From contig NC_135815.1 in NCBI RefSeq assembly GCF_964213995.1, positions 57,226,001-57,290,000 of the forward strand: 64,000 nt of DNA. The letters run 5' to 3'. The notes under the pieces are model-generated. The model was not told the DNA's origin, did no database searches, and was given only the letters and a program-made list of their open reading frames with translations. This DNA is from Mustelus asterias (taxonomy: Eukaryota). The first letter of the stretch is position 1, and every line of letters starts with the position of its first letter. The position numbers and the translations under genes were made by a program. Below, piece after piece: positions 38,762 to 50,810 of this stretch.

Positions 38762-39664
38762 CTATAGAGGAAACCCCAAGCAAATTAGCCATGGAAAATT
38801 GAACACACCAGAGTTCAACAGTCTGTATACAATTAGATTATCTATAAATAATTAAAGTTAAAAGTTAAAGTTAATTTATTAGTCACAAGTAAGGCTTACA
38901 TTAACACTGCAATGAAGTTACTGTGAAATTCCCCTGGTTACACTATGTGAAAATTATTCTTGCCACCATAAAATTGTTTTATAAGTTAGTAAACAAAAAG
39001 TACATTACTTTAATAACATTATGATTTTCATAAAATAGGCTTTACAAAATAGCTCACGTCTTGCTACGTGTCGTCGTGTTACATATCTAAATAAATTGTC
39101 CACTTGAAAGGGCGTATAGAACTTATTTTGAGTATTTACCAAATCATTCCTTACCCAAATCAATCGTGAGATACTTTTATGCTTAAACCTTTGTAAAGTG
39201 CAAGTGGAGATTTAATAATTATAATGAAGTTATAATAAAGTTACTGCATAAGAATAATGGTTTACAGTCAGTAAAATTAAAACAGTGGAATCACTATTGA
39301 TTTCTCATTACCAACCTCTTTATCCATCACAATCATTTTCTTTATTTTATTGATATTACTATATTTAGCATTTCTAGAACTTTCTCCTACATATTCTTAT
39401 CAACACTGTACATCACTGTGTTTATAGCCCTGGTAACACAATCTTTTGCATTAACACTTTTTTGTTTTATTGTATCTCAAAACGTTTACATTCCTTTTCT
39501 CCCTCAGCTCTCCCACAATTAGCTGACTTTCCAAACCAAAGCTTGCTCACTGCTTCAATTCCTCATCCAATTTCTCCTCTCAACCTTGGTGCTAGGACAC
39601 CAGCATCTCGCCACCCCCACCCCTCTAACAAGATAACTTTGGATTTTCAGCTTACTTTAAAAGT

Positions 39665-40020
39665 TGTTTTTATTCATTCATGAGATGTGAGCATCCCTGA
39701 CAAGGCCAGCATTGTTGCCCATCCTCATTTGCTCTTGAAATGAGTGGCCATATCAGAGGACAGCTAAGAATCGTTGCTGTGGGTCTGGGGTGACATATAG
39801 GCCAGACCAGGTAAGGACGGCAGATTTCCTTCCCTAATGGGCATTACATGAGTTTTTTAAAGACAATTGACGATAGTTTCATGGTTACTGAGGCTAGTTT
39901 TCAATTCCAATTTTTCATGAATTAATTAAATTAAATTCCACCAGCTGCCACGATGGAATTTGAACCCATTTCCCTAGAGCATTCGCCTGGGCCTCTGGTC
40001 TATTAATCCGGGATATTACC
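39665..40020 (-). mobile_element. tRNA-SINE in tbxt intron 6
   Basis: Reverse-complement relative of 26359-26705. Confidence 0.7.
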
Positions 40021-40308
40021 TAAATCCAATGACCTGACCCACCCTAAAATACCTGCATAATAGGTGACTAAAGTAACATAAATGAAGTCCAAGTACTGTT
40101 AGGAGTCACTTATTTAAGTGTACTATTCAGATACAATATAATTACGTTTTTAAGTGCGACGTCTTTAAGTATGACAAAAGACACTATGGCTTTTGATATC
40201 CAGGACCTTCAACATTTTTACACCAAGGACCCGTGCCCTTTCATGAATACCCTTTTTACAGCCGCTTAAAATGATATCAGTTATATTTTAGAGCAGGGTT
40301 GCACTTAC

Positions 40309-40485
40309 TGGGGGAGTTGTTTCTGTGTGTATATGGGCTGGGATATGGTGTGGAACGGTGATTCCGGAGGGTGGAGTAACGTTCGCAGCCATGAGGAGTA
40401 GAGAGTGAGAGCGGTCCTCCAAACTGAGCGTGAGGGTTAGAAGGAGGACACAGGGTACCTGTGCCAGGCAGAAACCAGCTACCTA
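40309..40485 (-). CDS. tbxt: Brachyury exon 6 (177 nt; 174 nt with the alternative acceptor)
   Basis: LGSWFLPGTGTLCPPSNPHAQFGGPLSL..RYSTLRNHRSTPYPSPYTHRNNSP; CAGTAG tandem acceptor; donor GTAAGT. Confidence 0.95.
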
Positions 40486-40608
40486 CTGGGCGGGCAGAAT
40501 CAGAGATCAAGTCAGACAAAATGAAAGAAACTATGCGGTCAGAGGGCATAGACCATCAATGCGAACATCACCCCCCCCCCCCTCCACCCCCGCACCAATA
40601 AAACTTAC

Positions 40609-40670
40609 ATTGGGAATATCCAGATTGTTGACTGTCACTCACGTCATCCAGCATTTCCTTGTGATCGCTT
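40609..40670 (-). CDS. tbxt: Brachyury exon 5 (62 nt)
   Basis: SDHKEMLDDVSDSQQSGYSQ; donor GTAAGT. Confidence 0.96.
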
Positions 40671-40752
40671 CTGGACAAGAAAAGTCCATTAACAGAGGGC
40701 ACAGGTATGTCCTTACACAAAATACTGTAACAGAATACTTTCTTAGTCTCAC

Positions 40753-40814
40753 CTCTCTTTGGAATCAAGGAAAGCTTTTGCAAACGGGTTGTACTTAATT
40801 TTAAGAGCTGTGAT
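40753..40814 (-). CDS. tbxt: Brachyury exon 4 (62 nt)
   Basis: ITALKIKYNPFAKAFLDSKER; donor GTGAGA. Confidence 0.97.
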
Positions 40815-41081
40815 CTGTAAGGAGGGAATTAAGATTAATCAGTTTTATCTCAGTCTTAAGATGTCGTGTCATGTGCGATTTACGCTTGTTCTGTATTGTT
40901 ATCCGATTGTTCAGAATGCGGTGAGTAAAATGGAAGTGACCTAAAACTTTAAGAATGGAATAGACTTAGCAACGATCAACATTCTAGCACGATCGTAGTT
41001 CAATATCAGGACAGCATGCCTTTACTGGTAACCCAGTAATATTGGGTTGAGTATTGGTTAGGTTATTGGTGAGATCTTTAC

Positions 41082-41216
41082 CTCCTCATTCTGGTAGGCT
41101 GTCACGGCGATGAACTGAGTTTCCGGGAATGAATGGCTGCTGATCATTCTCTGCGGTCCTCCAACCCGTACGATGTGAATTCTGGGTTCGTATTTATGCA
41201 GAGAGTTCAACATGAT
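41082..41216 (-). CDS. tbxt: Brachyury exon 3 (135 nt)
   Basis: [45 protein letters not shown]; canonical splice sites. Confidence 0.98.
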
Positions 41217-41918
41217 CTGCAATTAGGAATTAAAACAAATCACAAGGTCGTTCAGATCTCGCTTCCATTTCAATAACGTCTACCTTGAAACGTTCCTACA
41301 TACTGTATAAATTTCTGTTTCCCCGTAAGGACAGAAAGTGTGCCAGCGTTTCACTATACTGTGTGCCAAAACCTCAGCATCCTAGCGGCACTGTGAAATA
41401 TTTTAAACAATCGACAATATTTAATGCTTCCGACATTCAAACCAACACCATTCGATCTCGTTTTTACCTCTTGTTTTTGTAATTTGAAATAATTTGGTTT
41501 AGCTCATATATAATTAAAGCATGTGATTTAATTACTATAAAGTTTCGTACACTCAGTTCACGCCTTTATGTTTCTCCCGTTTCCAGTATATTGTGGAAAT
41601 GTTGTAAAGGTTAGGCCATTCCGGAATATCACAGAGATTGAGAAAGTTAAAGCCACCGTTTTAATTCTCGAACTTATTTGCTACAATATCTCGGTGTTAA
41701 ATATCTCCCAATTGATAGGATAAAACTTATTTGTCACGATTCTGGAAAAGCGTGGACATTTGACAAGTATTTTGCCATAATTACAGATCTTCACATTGGT
41801 GAAAAATATAGAGTTGTAAATAGCCCTGAATGATTTATCAATGGTAAGGAATTTGGTCTAGTTCGGATTTTGCGATTATTTCAGCTGGTGAGCAATGCTT
41901 TGCATCTACAAAATGTAC

Positions 41919-42183
41919 CTGTCCTCCGCCATTCAGTTTGTTCGTGAGTTTGACTTTACTGAAGGAGACGGGCGCCTTCATCCAGTGCGCCCCGAAGTTG
42001 GGCGAGTCTGGGTGGATATAGACACAGCTTGGGGCCTGAGGCTCCGGTTTGCCACCCGGAACCCACTCCCCGTTCACATACTTCCAGCGGTGGTTGTCGG
42101 CCGCCACAAAGTCCAACACAAAGGAGTACATGGCGTTGGGATCTAGCCCTGACACGTTGACTTTCAGCACAGGAAACATCCTC
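41919..42183 (-). CDS. tbxt: Brachyury exon 2 (265 nt, T-box)
   Basis: [60 protein letters not shown]; CAG| acceptor, |GTACAT donor. Confidence 0.98.
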
Positions 42184-42533
42184 CTGAGAAGAGCAAAGAA
42201 ACCCAAAGAAGTGAACAAGAGGGGGGAGGGTACCACAAAGTCATTTACCTCCTGCAAGAACCTGAAGAACCTGCTTGTAAGCGCCATTATCGTTGGTCAC
42301 AAATGTTATTGTAATATGCAGATGATAGTCTCACTAAGGACATGGAAACCAAAACACAAAGACGGTCAACTTTAAGCTGGGATGCCTTATATCGCTCTAA
42401 TTGCAGAATCTACAGAAATAGAACGCGTTAGAATTTGAACCATTCATTTTCCAAGTGTTTAAAATCTATATCTCTCATAGCGAGATCAGCTAAGAATCCT
42501 TCAGAGGAAATTCGACTCCCTGCTCGCACCTAC

Positions 42534-42736
42534 CTGCCATTCTTTGTAACGATCATTTCGTTCGTTAGTTCCTTAAACTTCAGCCACAGGTCCAGGTCTT
42601 CCAGGTTGACTTTCAGCTCTCTCTCAGTGGGGTCTCCTTTCTCACTTCCAGCCTGCAGTTCACTCTCCACCGCACTGAGAAGATGGTCCACACGGTACTG
42701 ACCGCTCTTCCCACTCTCTGTGGCACTGGAGCTCAT
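42534..42736 (-). CDS. tbxt: Brachyury coding exon 1 (203 nt)
   Basis: [68 protein letters not shown]; donor AG|GTAGGT. Confidence 0.98.
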
Positions 42737-42854
42737 TGTCCTTATCTCAAGAGTCCAATTATTTCACCCAGTTGATTTCTACTGTAAAGAGCAGAGCAAT
42801 GGGTGCCTCTGGTAACTATAATCCTGTTTACAGTCTCCTTGCTGCTTCTCATCC

Positions 42855-43090
42855 ATCCCAATAAATACTTATCTGGCTGGATGCTGACGTCAGGTAACGG
42901 GTTGGATGGACTCGGATTGGTTGTGCATTGCTTTGATCCAAGCGGTTCTGACCCCGATTGGCTGGTGGCGGCCATATCAGTGGAGCTGGTGAAAGCCTCT
43001 GAAGTTCCAGCCAGATGTAATTACCAGAAGTTAAATAGAGCTATTTTATGCAAATTTGCAAATGTTTACACCTATATCAAAGCATGGGGT
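42855..43090 (-). promoter_or_regulatory. tbxt: tbxt proximal promoter
   Basis: TATTTAT (42860-42866), CRE TGACGTCA (42885-42892), CCAAT (42916-42920, 42957-42961), TCF/LEF sites (42931-42937, 43076-43082), octamer ATGCAAAT (43048-43055) and an overlapping Fox/T-box/ZEB motif TGTTTACACCT (43063-43073). Confidence 0.85.
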
Positions 43091-46000
43091 TCAATGAGGA
43101 AATGGCTGCGAGGATATAGAGCCCCAGTCTTCTTAAGTGTCTAATCTGTTTGTCATACAATTTTCACACATATCAGGACATGTAAACACTCATTTAAACT
43201 GAAATAGGAATATATCAGTAATACGAAACATTTGATTGTTGGAAATATTATTAGCAATCAAGCAGAACCATTTGTTACTTGCACCTTACCAAAATACCAA
43301 AAGATTACTCAACTGACAAGAAGTATTTGCTGGGTAAATCACTACTTGTGTTGTGAGTGGCAACTTTCTCTTTATAACTCCAGCACTCAATGCAGTATGG
43401 CTGAAGGTAAGATTTTACAGACATGCACCATCGGCGTCTCCTAAATGGCAAACTCACGCCAGAACTGAAAAAAAAACCCACTCTGGTGGGCCCAATTCCA
43501 GGTTCAGATTGAAGAAAATGATACCCGTCTCTCACTTGAGAGGAGATGCAACTTCTGGGCTCCAAGTACAGTACCGCCGGGCTAGTGCCCGCTGTTTATG
43601 ACCTTTCTGTGGGAGCGATACATTCAGAGGGTTGAGGTGACAATAAGCAGGAAATGGTCAAATGGAACCATTAATCGGGTTGCTCCGAGAACAATACTCT
43701 TTGAAATGACCTACACAGTAGACATCAAGACAGTCACCAAACCTTGGGCCGCAGTTATTTCGAAGGAAAAGTCCAGGAATTTATGAAAATCTGCAGCATT
43801 CTGTTCACATTTTCTGCGTTACGTTCTCGTCCAATTATTTGAAGCGTCAACCGAAACGTTAACTCTGTTTCTCTGAGTCTTGCCAACACTTTCCCGGTTT
43901 TGTTTCAGATTTCTAGTGTCGCAGTATCTTTTTTTTATCTCCACATTCAGTTTGTGAGAAGATTATTCTTTAATATTAGTGATAAGTGAAAAACAAATGG
44001 AACACAATATTATCAGACAATAAATAATTCGAAGCTTGCGAGTCTCCTGAAATGCCAATGTTAAAATAATTTATTAGCATCGCCAAAATCGCTTGAAAGT
44101 TAACGGAAAGCTCGGGGTTAGAGGAATATGGTATGCTATCGATACCTAACGCAGACGGGATGGAGGAGGTGGGTAGGGATAAGAGTTTTGTCGATGTTTG
44201 GATATGGGAGGAAAATTGACTCAGTTTTCCTGGCGGATTAAGGCTGGTGAGGCGGAAAGAAAGTCTGAAGACTCACTCGGCATCAAATGAAAGCGATTCA
44301 TTGTGAAAAGAGATGGAGGATGCCCCTCAGGTATAAACCCAAAAAACTCTTTTCTATTCATCGGCAAAAGGGGAAGCAATTTGTTTTTTTTTGATCCGAT
44401 GGTAATCTCAGGCTGGTTCTCATGAGCGAGTACTTCAGGGGCGGCTATTGAGCTTTTGACTGTGAGCTGCAGTGCATGACAGTTTACAGCCAAAAAACTT
44501 CCTTCAGCCTTTCCACATCATCGCTATAAACACTGGCCAGGGAGAGGGTGAAGAGAAACATTGATCTCACTTGAACTTTATCACACAGCTCATACCAAAC
44601 CTGATATCCCCCTGGGCGGTGGATTCCACTACATTATTTAAATGATGGCATAATATTTAAAAAGACAATAGGCATTTCATATTGGAGTGCAAGTGGTGGT
44701 GACTCTATTGCTGCTTTCGATCGCTTTAACTTCATATTATTGAGGCAAATCAATGCAACTTTGCTCGAAGAATGTCAATGATTTGCAATTCACAATGAAT
44801 GGTGCCTAAATTTTTGAAGAGCATGATTGTTACAAGGCAACTGATTCTGTACGGAAAGGTGTGGGATCATTTCAAAAAGGGATCATGTGAATTGTTTTCC
44901 ATTCAGTGACAGAATATGGAAAATTACACGGATTGACAGAATTATATGCGATCTTTCGAAAATTAGGAATACTTTGTAATTTGTTTCTCCCGGATGACAA
45001 GGTCGCGAGATGTGTATTAATCACAGAAATTTGAATTGTGGCTACTGAAATTCTGAAAATTGCCTCTTCGATATCAGCCTTAGTTCGAGTTCTGCGCCTT
45101 TAGATACCTCGTCTGGAGAACTCCGATAATTATTTATAAAAAGCAATGTGAAAAAAACTGTGAGGGGAGAGGGGCCGAATTCCCCTTTATTCCGATACCT
45201 TACTCATATCAAATCGCCTGTATTTTTGTATTTAACTAACCATCGGGTTATGTTGAAATAAAGTCCTATGCACTGTTTAATTTTACTGGTTTGGGTGCTT
45301 CCTTTCTTCTGTCCATCTTGGCTTAATAGACTGAAATGTCTGCATTAGATGTAACAATGTCCGAAGATTGCGATTAATTACAGACCATATCCATTTGACT
45401 GAGGTTCTCTGCGTTGGGTCTCTATATCAAGAGATCAGACATCAGACATCTCAAAGATCCTTTCAGGCGCTCAACAATTACATCATCAGATTCCTTCTAC
45501 AAAGATTGGCATAAGATTTGGAGTGATTGAAATAGTTACCGAGTAGGTGTCAAATTCAAGATAGTCATTCGGTGGAAGGCGAGAACCAGGAAAAATCTTG
45601 CAGCCCGTAAGCGTCAAAAATATAAAAATATACAAATGCTTTCCAAAATGTTTGAAGTAATACATGCATTTGCTTCCAAACTTATTGGCACGTCTGGGCG
45701 CTCGAGGTTATTAAAATTCAAATATTCAGCAACTTGTGGCGATGAGGAGATGCTTGGTGAATTTCGTCAGAAGTACATACAACCTTAAACGAACAACTTT
45801 ATACAAATGCTGGAGTTCAGTACGGCGAGCTGCTGTTCCCAGCCTCCCCCCTCAGCGATATACTTTGGAACATTTGAACTCGAACAAAGTCATTGGTGTT
45901 ATGGCCGCCTTCATTTGATTGAAATGCTGGCATAATCCAGTTCTTTAGATAGTTCTTCAGAAAGTTACACATCTCCCTTTCTCACCCAGCGGGAGCAATC

Positions 46001-47482
46001 AACATTATATTGTGCGATTACAGAGAAACTATAAGATACTGCTATTAGGATTCGCTTCACCAATAATATATTTCTTATTCGATAGATTTACAAATCAAAG
46101 ATAAATATTATATAGTAAGAATTAATCCTAATATCATCAGCGTCACATTTATAAATCTGAATGGTGCCACAGTACATTGCTGCTGATGACGTTAAGTGAA
46201 GATGCTTTTTCTAAATTTACCTCATTGATGAGCTACAAATTATAAATTCATGCAATCAACCCTTTGAGAAGTCGCTATGTGAGCAGATTGTGTGGAAAGC
46301 CATTAGGTTTGACAATACTGTAATGGAGGGCAACTGGGCTTCCACTGATCTCGATTTCTCCACATTGAAAAATACTCCATTTTATCATTATCGCCATGGA
46401 AATCTGCGGTCAAATGATCAAGTTCTTTATAGGTGCCTTAGGGAGAGAGAACAGACTTGAGAGAGTTACCTAGAGTCACTCTCAGGTATCTCATCCATTA
46501 GTTCCATAACAGCACGGCCGAAACTCTGAGCGCAGATTATCAGGGATGCTGTACAGGCGGCGGATGATTCACCAATGAGAAATAACAGAGAAATAAACAG
46601 ATACAGAATTTACCCATCCAATCTGATATACATGCATATGCACGGACTTCCAAGCCATCACATCTCCAGAGTGCCATTGCTCCGTGATGTAAACTTGTCA
46701 CTTTTTTTTTGTTGCCTTTGGTTTGTTTGGGGAGAATTTTTGTGCAACTCAAACATGATTTGGCGTAGCCAGGAGAAGAGCGGACTCCAAATACAATCTG
46801 ATACTGACATTGATCCCTTATGACGGGCAGTCAAGTACCCCCAGCCGCTATCACCACGTTCATGAGCTGATCTCCCAGACTCCAAACATCAGCTTGGCGT
46901 AAAATCCTGAAGAGGATTCAACAGACACAAAAAATAATTTTATAAGCAAGTTTAAGCCTCAGTGTTCTGAAATATTATTTTTAAACGTAATAGAAATGTC
47001 AATTAATGTAATGTCAAATAAATTCTTATGATTGCTTGATGCTTCCTGTCAAAATTGGCAGTCTTGCTGTACATAATAACTAACTTAGAAAGTGACTTCC
47101 ATACACTGATGGGGTCAGAAGAGGAGATTGTCGGTGGCTACTCTGCTTCATGTCTACAAAGAAATGGAGACTGAGAGTTCACAGCCCCAGAAAGTCAGTT
47201 ATTGACAATGTACCGACTGTCAATCGACAGGAAACACCAGAGCCACAATCGGTGCAAAGATAGACTCCCAATCTCAGGCAATCATGAGAATTCATTTTGA
47301 GATTAACATTGATTCTATTGTAATAAACGATTTTAAAATGGAAGATTTCAGAACTATAGGATTACACTTAACTATAACATTATCCTATGCTTGAGTGCTA
47401 TTCTTCAGGTTTTTAATCCAAGCTAATGTTTGGATTTGATATTCTCTGCCAGAACTGTCAACTGAAGTGAATTAGCAACTAC

Positions 47483-47876
47483 TGGATAAAAGTACATTTT
47501 CCCCTAGTTTATCCACCTTCCCTTCGCTTTTCTCCCCCTTTGCTTCCCCTTTTCTAAGTTTTGCCCCTGTCCCATCCCCCCCCCCCCCCCCCCTCCCAAC
47601 CAACCAGCATCTTCATCTGTCACAGCTTACCCTCTCATTTTAGCTTCTCTGCCATTTGGCCATTCACACCCTTTATTCTCTCTGTGGACAGCCATCTTTT
47701 CCCCTGGTTTCTGTGCCTATGACTCATCTTTCATTCCCTCACCCTGCAATATAAATATCTCCCACTTTCTATGCCTTTTAGCTCTGACAAAGGGTCATTT
47801 AGACTCGAAACGTCAGCTCTTTCCTTTCCTTACAGATGCTGCCAGACCTGCTGAGATTTTCTAGCATTTTCTCTTT
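47483..47876 (+). mobile_element. Penelope-related (Poseidon-like) 3' fragment with hammerhead motif and 15-bp TSD
   Basis: TGAATTAGCAACTAC is duplicated at 47468-47482 and 47877-47891. CTGACAA-A-GGGTC-ATTTA-GACTC-GAAA-CGTC lies at 47784-47814. Confidence 0.75.
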
Positions 47877-48429
47877 TGAATTAGCAACTACACCTGGATT
47901 TTCACTTCAAAGAATGCTGCAGTTTCATCATGAGGAGAACTTCTCTGTATGACTGTCATCGTGTAACAACTGAAAGTGTGTTTTTAAATATAATTTATGG
48001 CCCGGGATTTACTGTCAAAATAACGGCGTGACTATTGGTATCCATTGTTATTTACGCGCAAACGCTACAGAAACTTCAGGCCAGGCAGATGCACGGTTAA
48101 ACACGGAAATTCAAAACTTGCCTTTAGATAGTGCCACCGCTCGGGCATTAACTTTACAGAAAAGCATCTTGTCCACTGTTTCCCCACTAACACGCATTCA
48201 GCAGCACGAAGCTGCTGTATTTGCGCTAAACATATGAATTAAACACAACCCGAAAACTAAATTTGTACCCATGTTGGTCTAAGTACCCTTTTAGTTAATT
48301 AATTATTACAAGTGTTGGGTTCCCTTCCCCTCAGCACTTATTTTCATTTGAAAATTTTAAATGTAAATTTTAAAATTAAATTTGTTTTAGCTTTCCGTCC
48401 TGCACTTTTTTGCCTCTTCCTAATGCAAT

Positions 48430-49300
48430 CTTTATCCCTTTCTTTATTTCTCTTTCTGTATGAGCAGCCAGGGAATAAATTAAAAAGCAAAATCACAAAG
48501 GTAAATAATCTCTGGATCACTACCTGAGCCTGAGTCACAAACAAATTGGCAAATGGTAAATAAGATTAGAGAGTTGAATGCATAGCTCAAAGGTCGGAGT
48601 GGGAGAAATGGGTTTTGATTCATGGGGCACTGGCACCAGTACTGGGAAAGGGGGAGCTGGACCATTGGCATGGCGTTCACCTGAACCTCACTGGGATCAA
48701 TATCCTAGAAAATCGTGTAACTGTAGAAAGGGCTTTAAAATAAATAGTAGAGTGGGGGAGGGTTCACAGAAGTGGAGAGTTAGAGAGTTAACAAGAATAA
48801 GATAATAGTGCAGGGTAGCAATATGGATAATGATAACTAAAATACTTTACAGGGCATACAAACAGAAAGAGCACCAGTAAATAAGGTCAGAGACAGTCAA
48901 AAGACAGACTTAAAGGCTGTTTATCTGAATGCATACAGCATTCGTAACAAGATGGGTGAGTTGTTAACACAGATAGAAATAAATAAGTATATTATAGACA
49001 TTACAGAGACATGGTTTTAAGTTGACTTTGTATTGGACCTTGGTTAGACCACACTTCGAGTACTGTGTACAGCTCTGGTTTTCATATTATAAAAAAAAAT
49101 AGAGGCACTGGAGAAGGTGCAAAAAAGATTCAAGAATATATCAGAATTGAGAGGACTCAGGGAAAAAATTGAACATGTTCGGGTTCTCTATTTTAGAAAA
49201 TAAAAGATTAAGATGTGACCAAAATCTTTAAAGTATGAAGGATTTGATAGGGTAGAGGTAGAGAATATGTTTCTATTTGTGGGGAGATTAAAGCCATAAA
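48430..49300 (+). mobile_element. Old, internally deleted CR1 (esterase, EN start and RT end remnants)
   Basis: Remnants of GF.F.GHW..GVHLN, YLNA.SIRNK..ITETW and RPHFEYCVQ.W. Confidence 0.7.
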
Positions 49301-50376
49301 TTGGAACCAAGTCTTTACTCGAAGAGTTTTTATTTATTTATTTATTAGTCACAAGTAGGGCTTACATTAACACTGCAATGAAGTTATTGTGAAATTCCCC
49401 TAGTAGCCACACTCCGATGCCTGTTCGGATCAATGTACCTAACCAGCAGAAGAGTGGTAAGAATGGTAAGAGTGGAACTCGAACCTGTTCAAAAGAAAAA
49501 TGGGAGGTTCTGTGGTCTTGTTCAAAACATTGTGAGATGTGTTCTGAGATCCTGTTCAAAAGAAAAGCGAGATGGTCTGTTTATAATGTGCATTTTGTAG
49601 AAGGCGGTGTGACAATGAGGATCTCTTGACTCAGACGATGACACAGCTAGCATGAAGAGGAAAGCTTAGTATTGCCTGATACAGTTCAAGTTATCTGCAC
49701 TTTATGAAAGGAAAAAGTTTAAAGTTTATTTATCAGTCACAAGCAGGCTTACATTCACACTGCAATGAAGTTACTGTGAAAATCCACTAGTCGCCACACT
49801 CTGGCACCTGTTTGGGTACATGAGGGAGAATTTAGCGTGGGCAATTTTTGAAAAGATAAGAGGTGTATTTTTTAATTTACACTAAGTCCCATTTAGATTG
49901 TGACTGTAGCAGCAGTACTGCAGCATGCCTGGTCAGTGGAGCGTGAGGGTTAAAAGTGGGTCACCAGAAATAAAATTTGAAAACCACTGGTCTAGATAAG
50001 CACATGAGGGAGAAAGAAATATGCTGATACAGTTGGATGAAGAGTGGGAAGAAAGTCATGTTAAGCACATTTTTGTGATAACGTGTTCCACAGGGAATCA
50101 CTGATTGATTTCCCTGTGGGGCTCATTGAGTTCCCTGGTAACAGGCAGTGGCCTGCCCAGCTGGAACTCATTACCTGAGCCTTTTATAAGGCAAGCCCAG
50201 GACTGGGCCTGCTAAACTGTAATCCCAAGCAGGGACTATTGTGTGTACACCACAGTAGTGGTTTTACTTTACATTCTGTAATGAACTATGTTCCGTTCCA
50301 GTCGGGCTTCCTAAGTCTTTACGTTGGTGATGAGGAACAAGAAAAGTTTCGGACAGCCTTGCCTTTCAATGAACCC

Positions 50377-50810
50377 ATTAGAACCATAGAAAATTACAGC
50401 TCAGCAACAGGCCTTTTGGCCCTTCTTGTCTGTGCCGAACCATTTTTTGCCTAGTCCCACTTGCCTGCACTTGGACCATATCCCTCCACACCCCTCTCAT
50501 CCATGAATCCGTCAAAGTTTTTCTTAAATGTTAAATGTTAAAGCATTTACCACTTTATCCTGTAGCTCATTCCACACTCCCACCACTCTCTGCGTGAAGA
50601 AGCCCCCCCTAATATTCCCTTTAAACTTTTCTCCTTTCACCCTTAACCTATGCCCTCTGGTTTTTTTCTCCCCTAGCCTCAGTGGAAAAAGCCTGCTTGC
50701 ATTCACTCTATCTATACCCATCAAAATCTCATACACCTCTATCAAATCTCCCCTCATTCTTCTACGCTCCAGGGAATAAAGTCCCAACCTATTCAATCTC
50801 TCTCTGTAAC
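50377..50810 (-). mobile_element. CR1 3' fragment inserted in the Gypsy leader
   Basis: YRERLNRLGLYSLERRRMRGDLIEVY...FTQRVVGVWNEL plus tail. Confidence 0.9.

Noticed and set aside
40309-40608. Ape-like exon-6 skipping driven by an inverted SINE pair
   Set aside because: Exon 6 is symmetric (phase 1-1, 177 nt), so skipping would stay in frame. However, intron 5 is only 123 bp with no repeat to pair with the intron-6 SINEs.
37238-42736. Alternative identity as tbx19 or a tbxtb-type paralogue
   Set aside because: The N-terminus ([25 protein letters not shown]), the C-terminus (WTPVTPPSM) and the promoter match T/Brachyury.
42742-42975. Upstream ORF (77 aa) in the tbxt leader
   Set aside because: Its ATGs lie upstream of the TSS predicted from the TATTTAT box and within promoter motifs.
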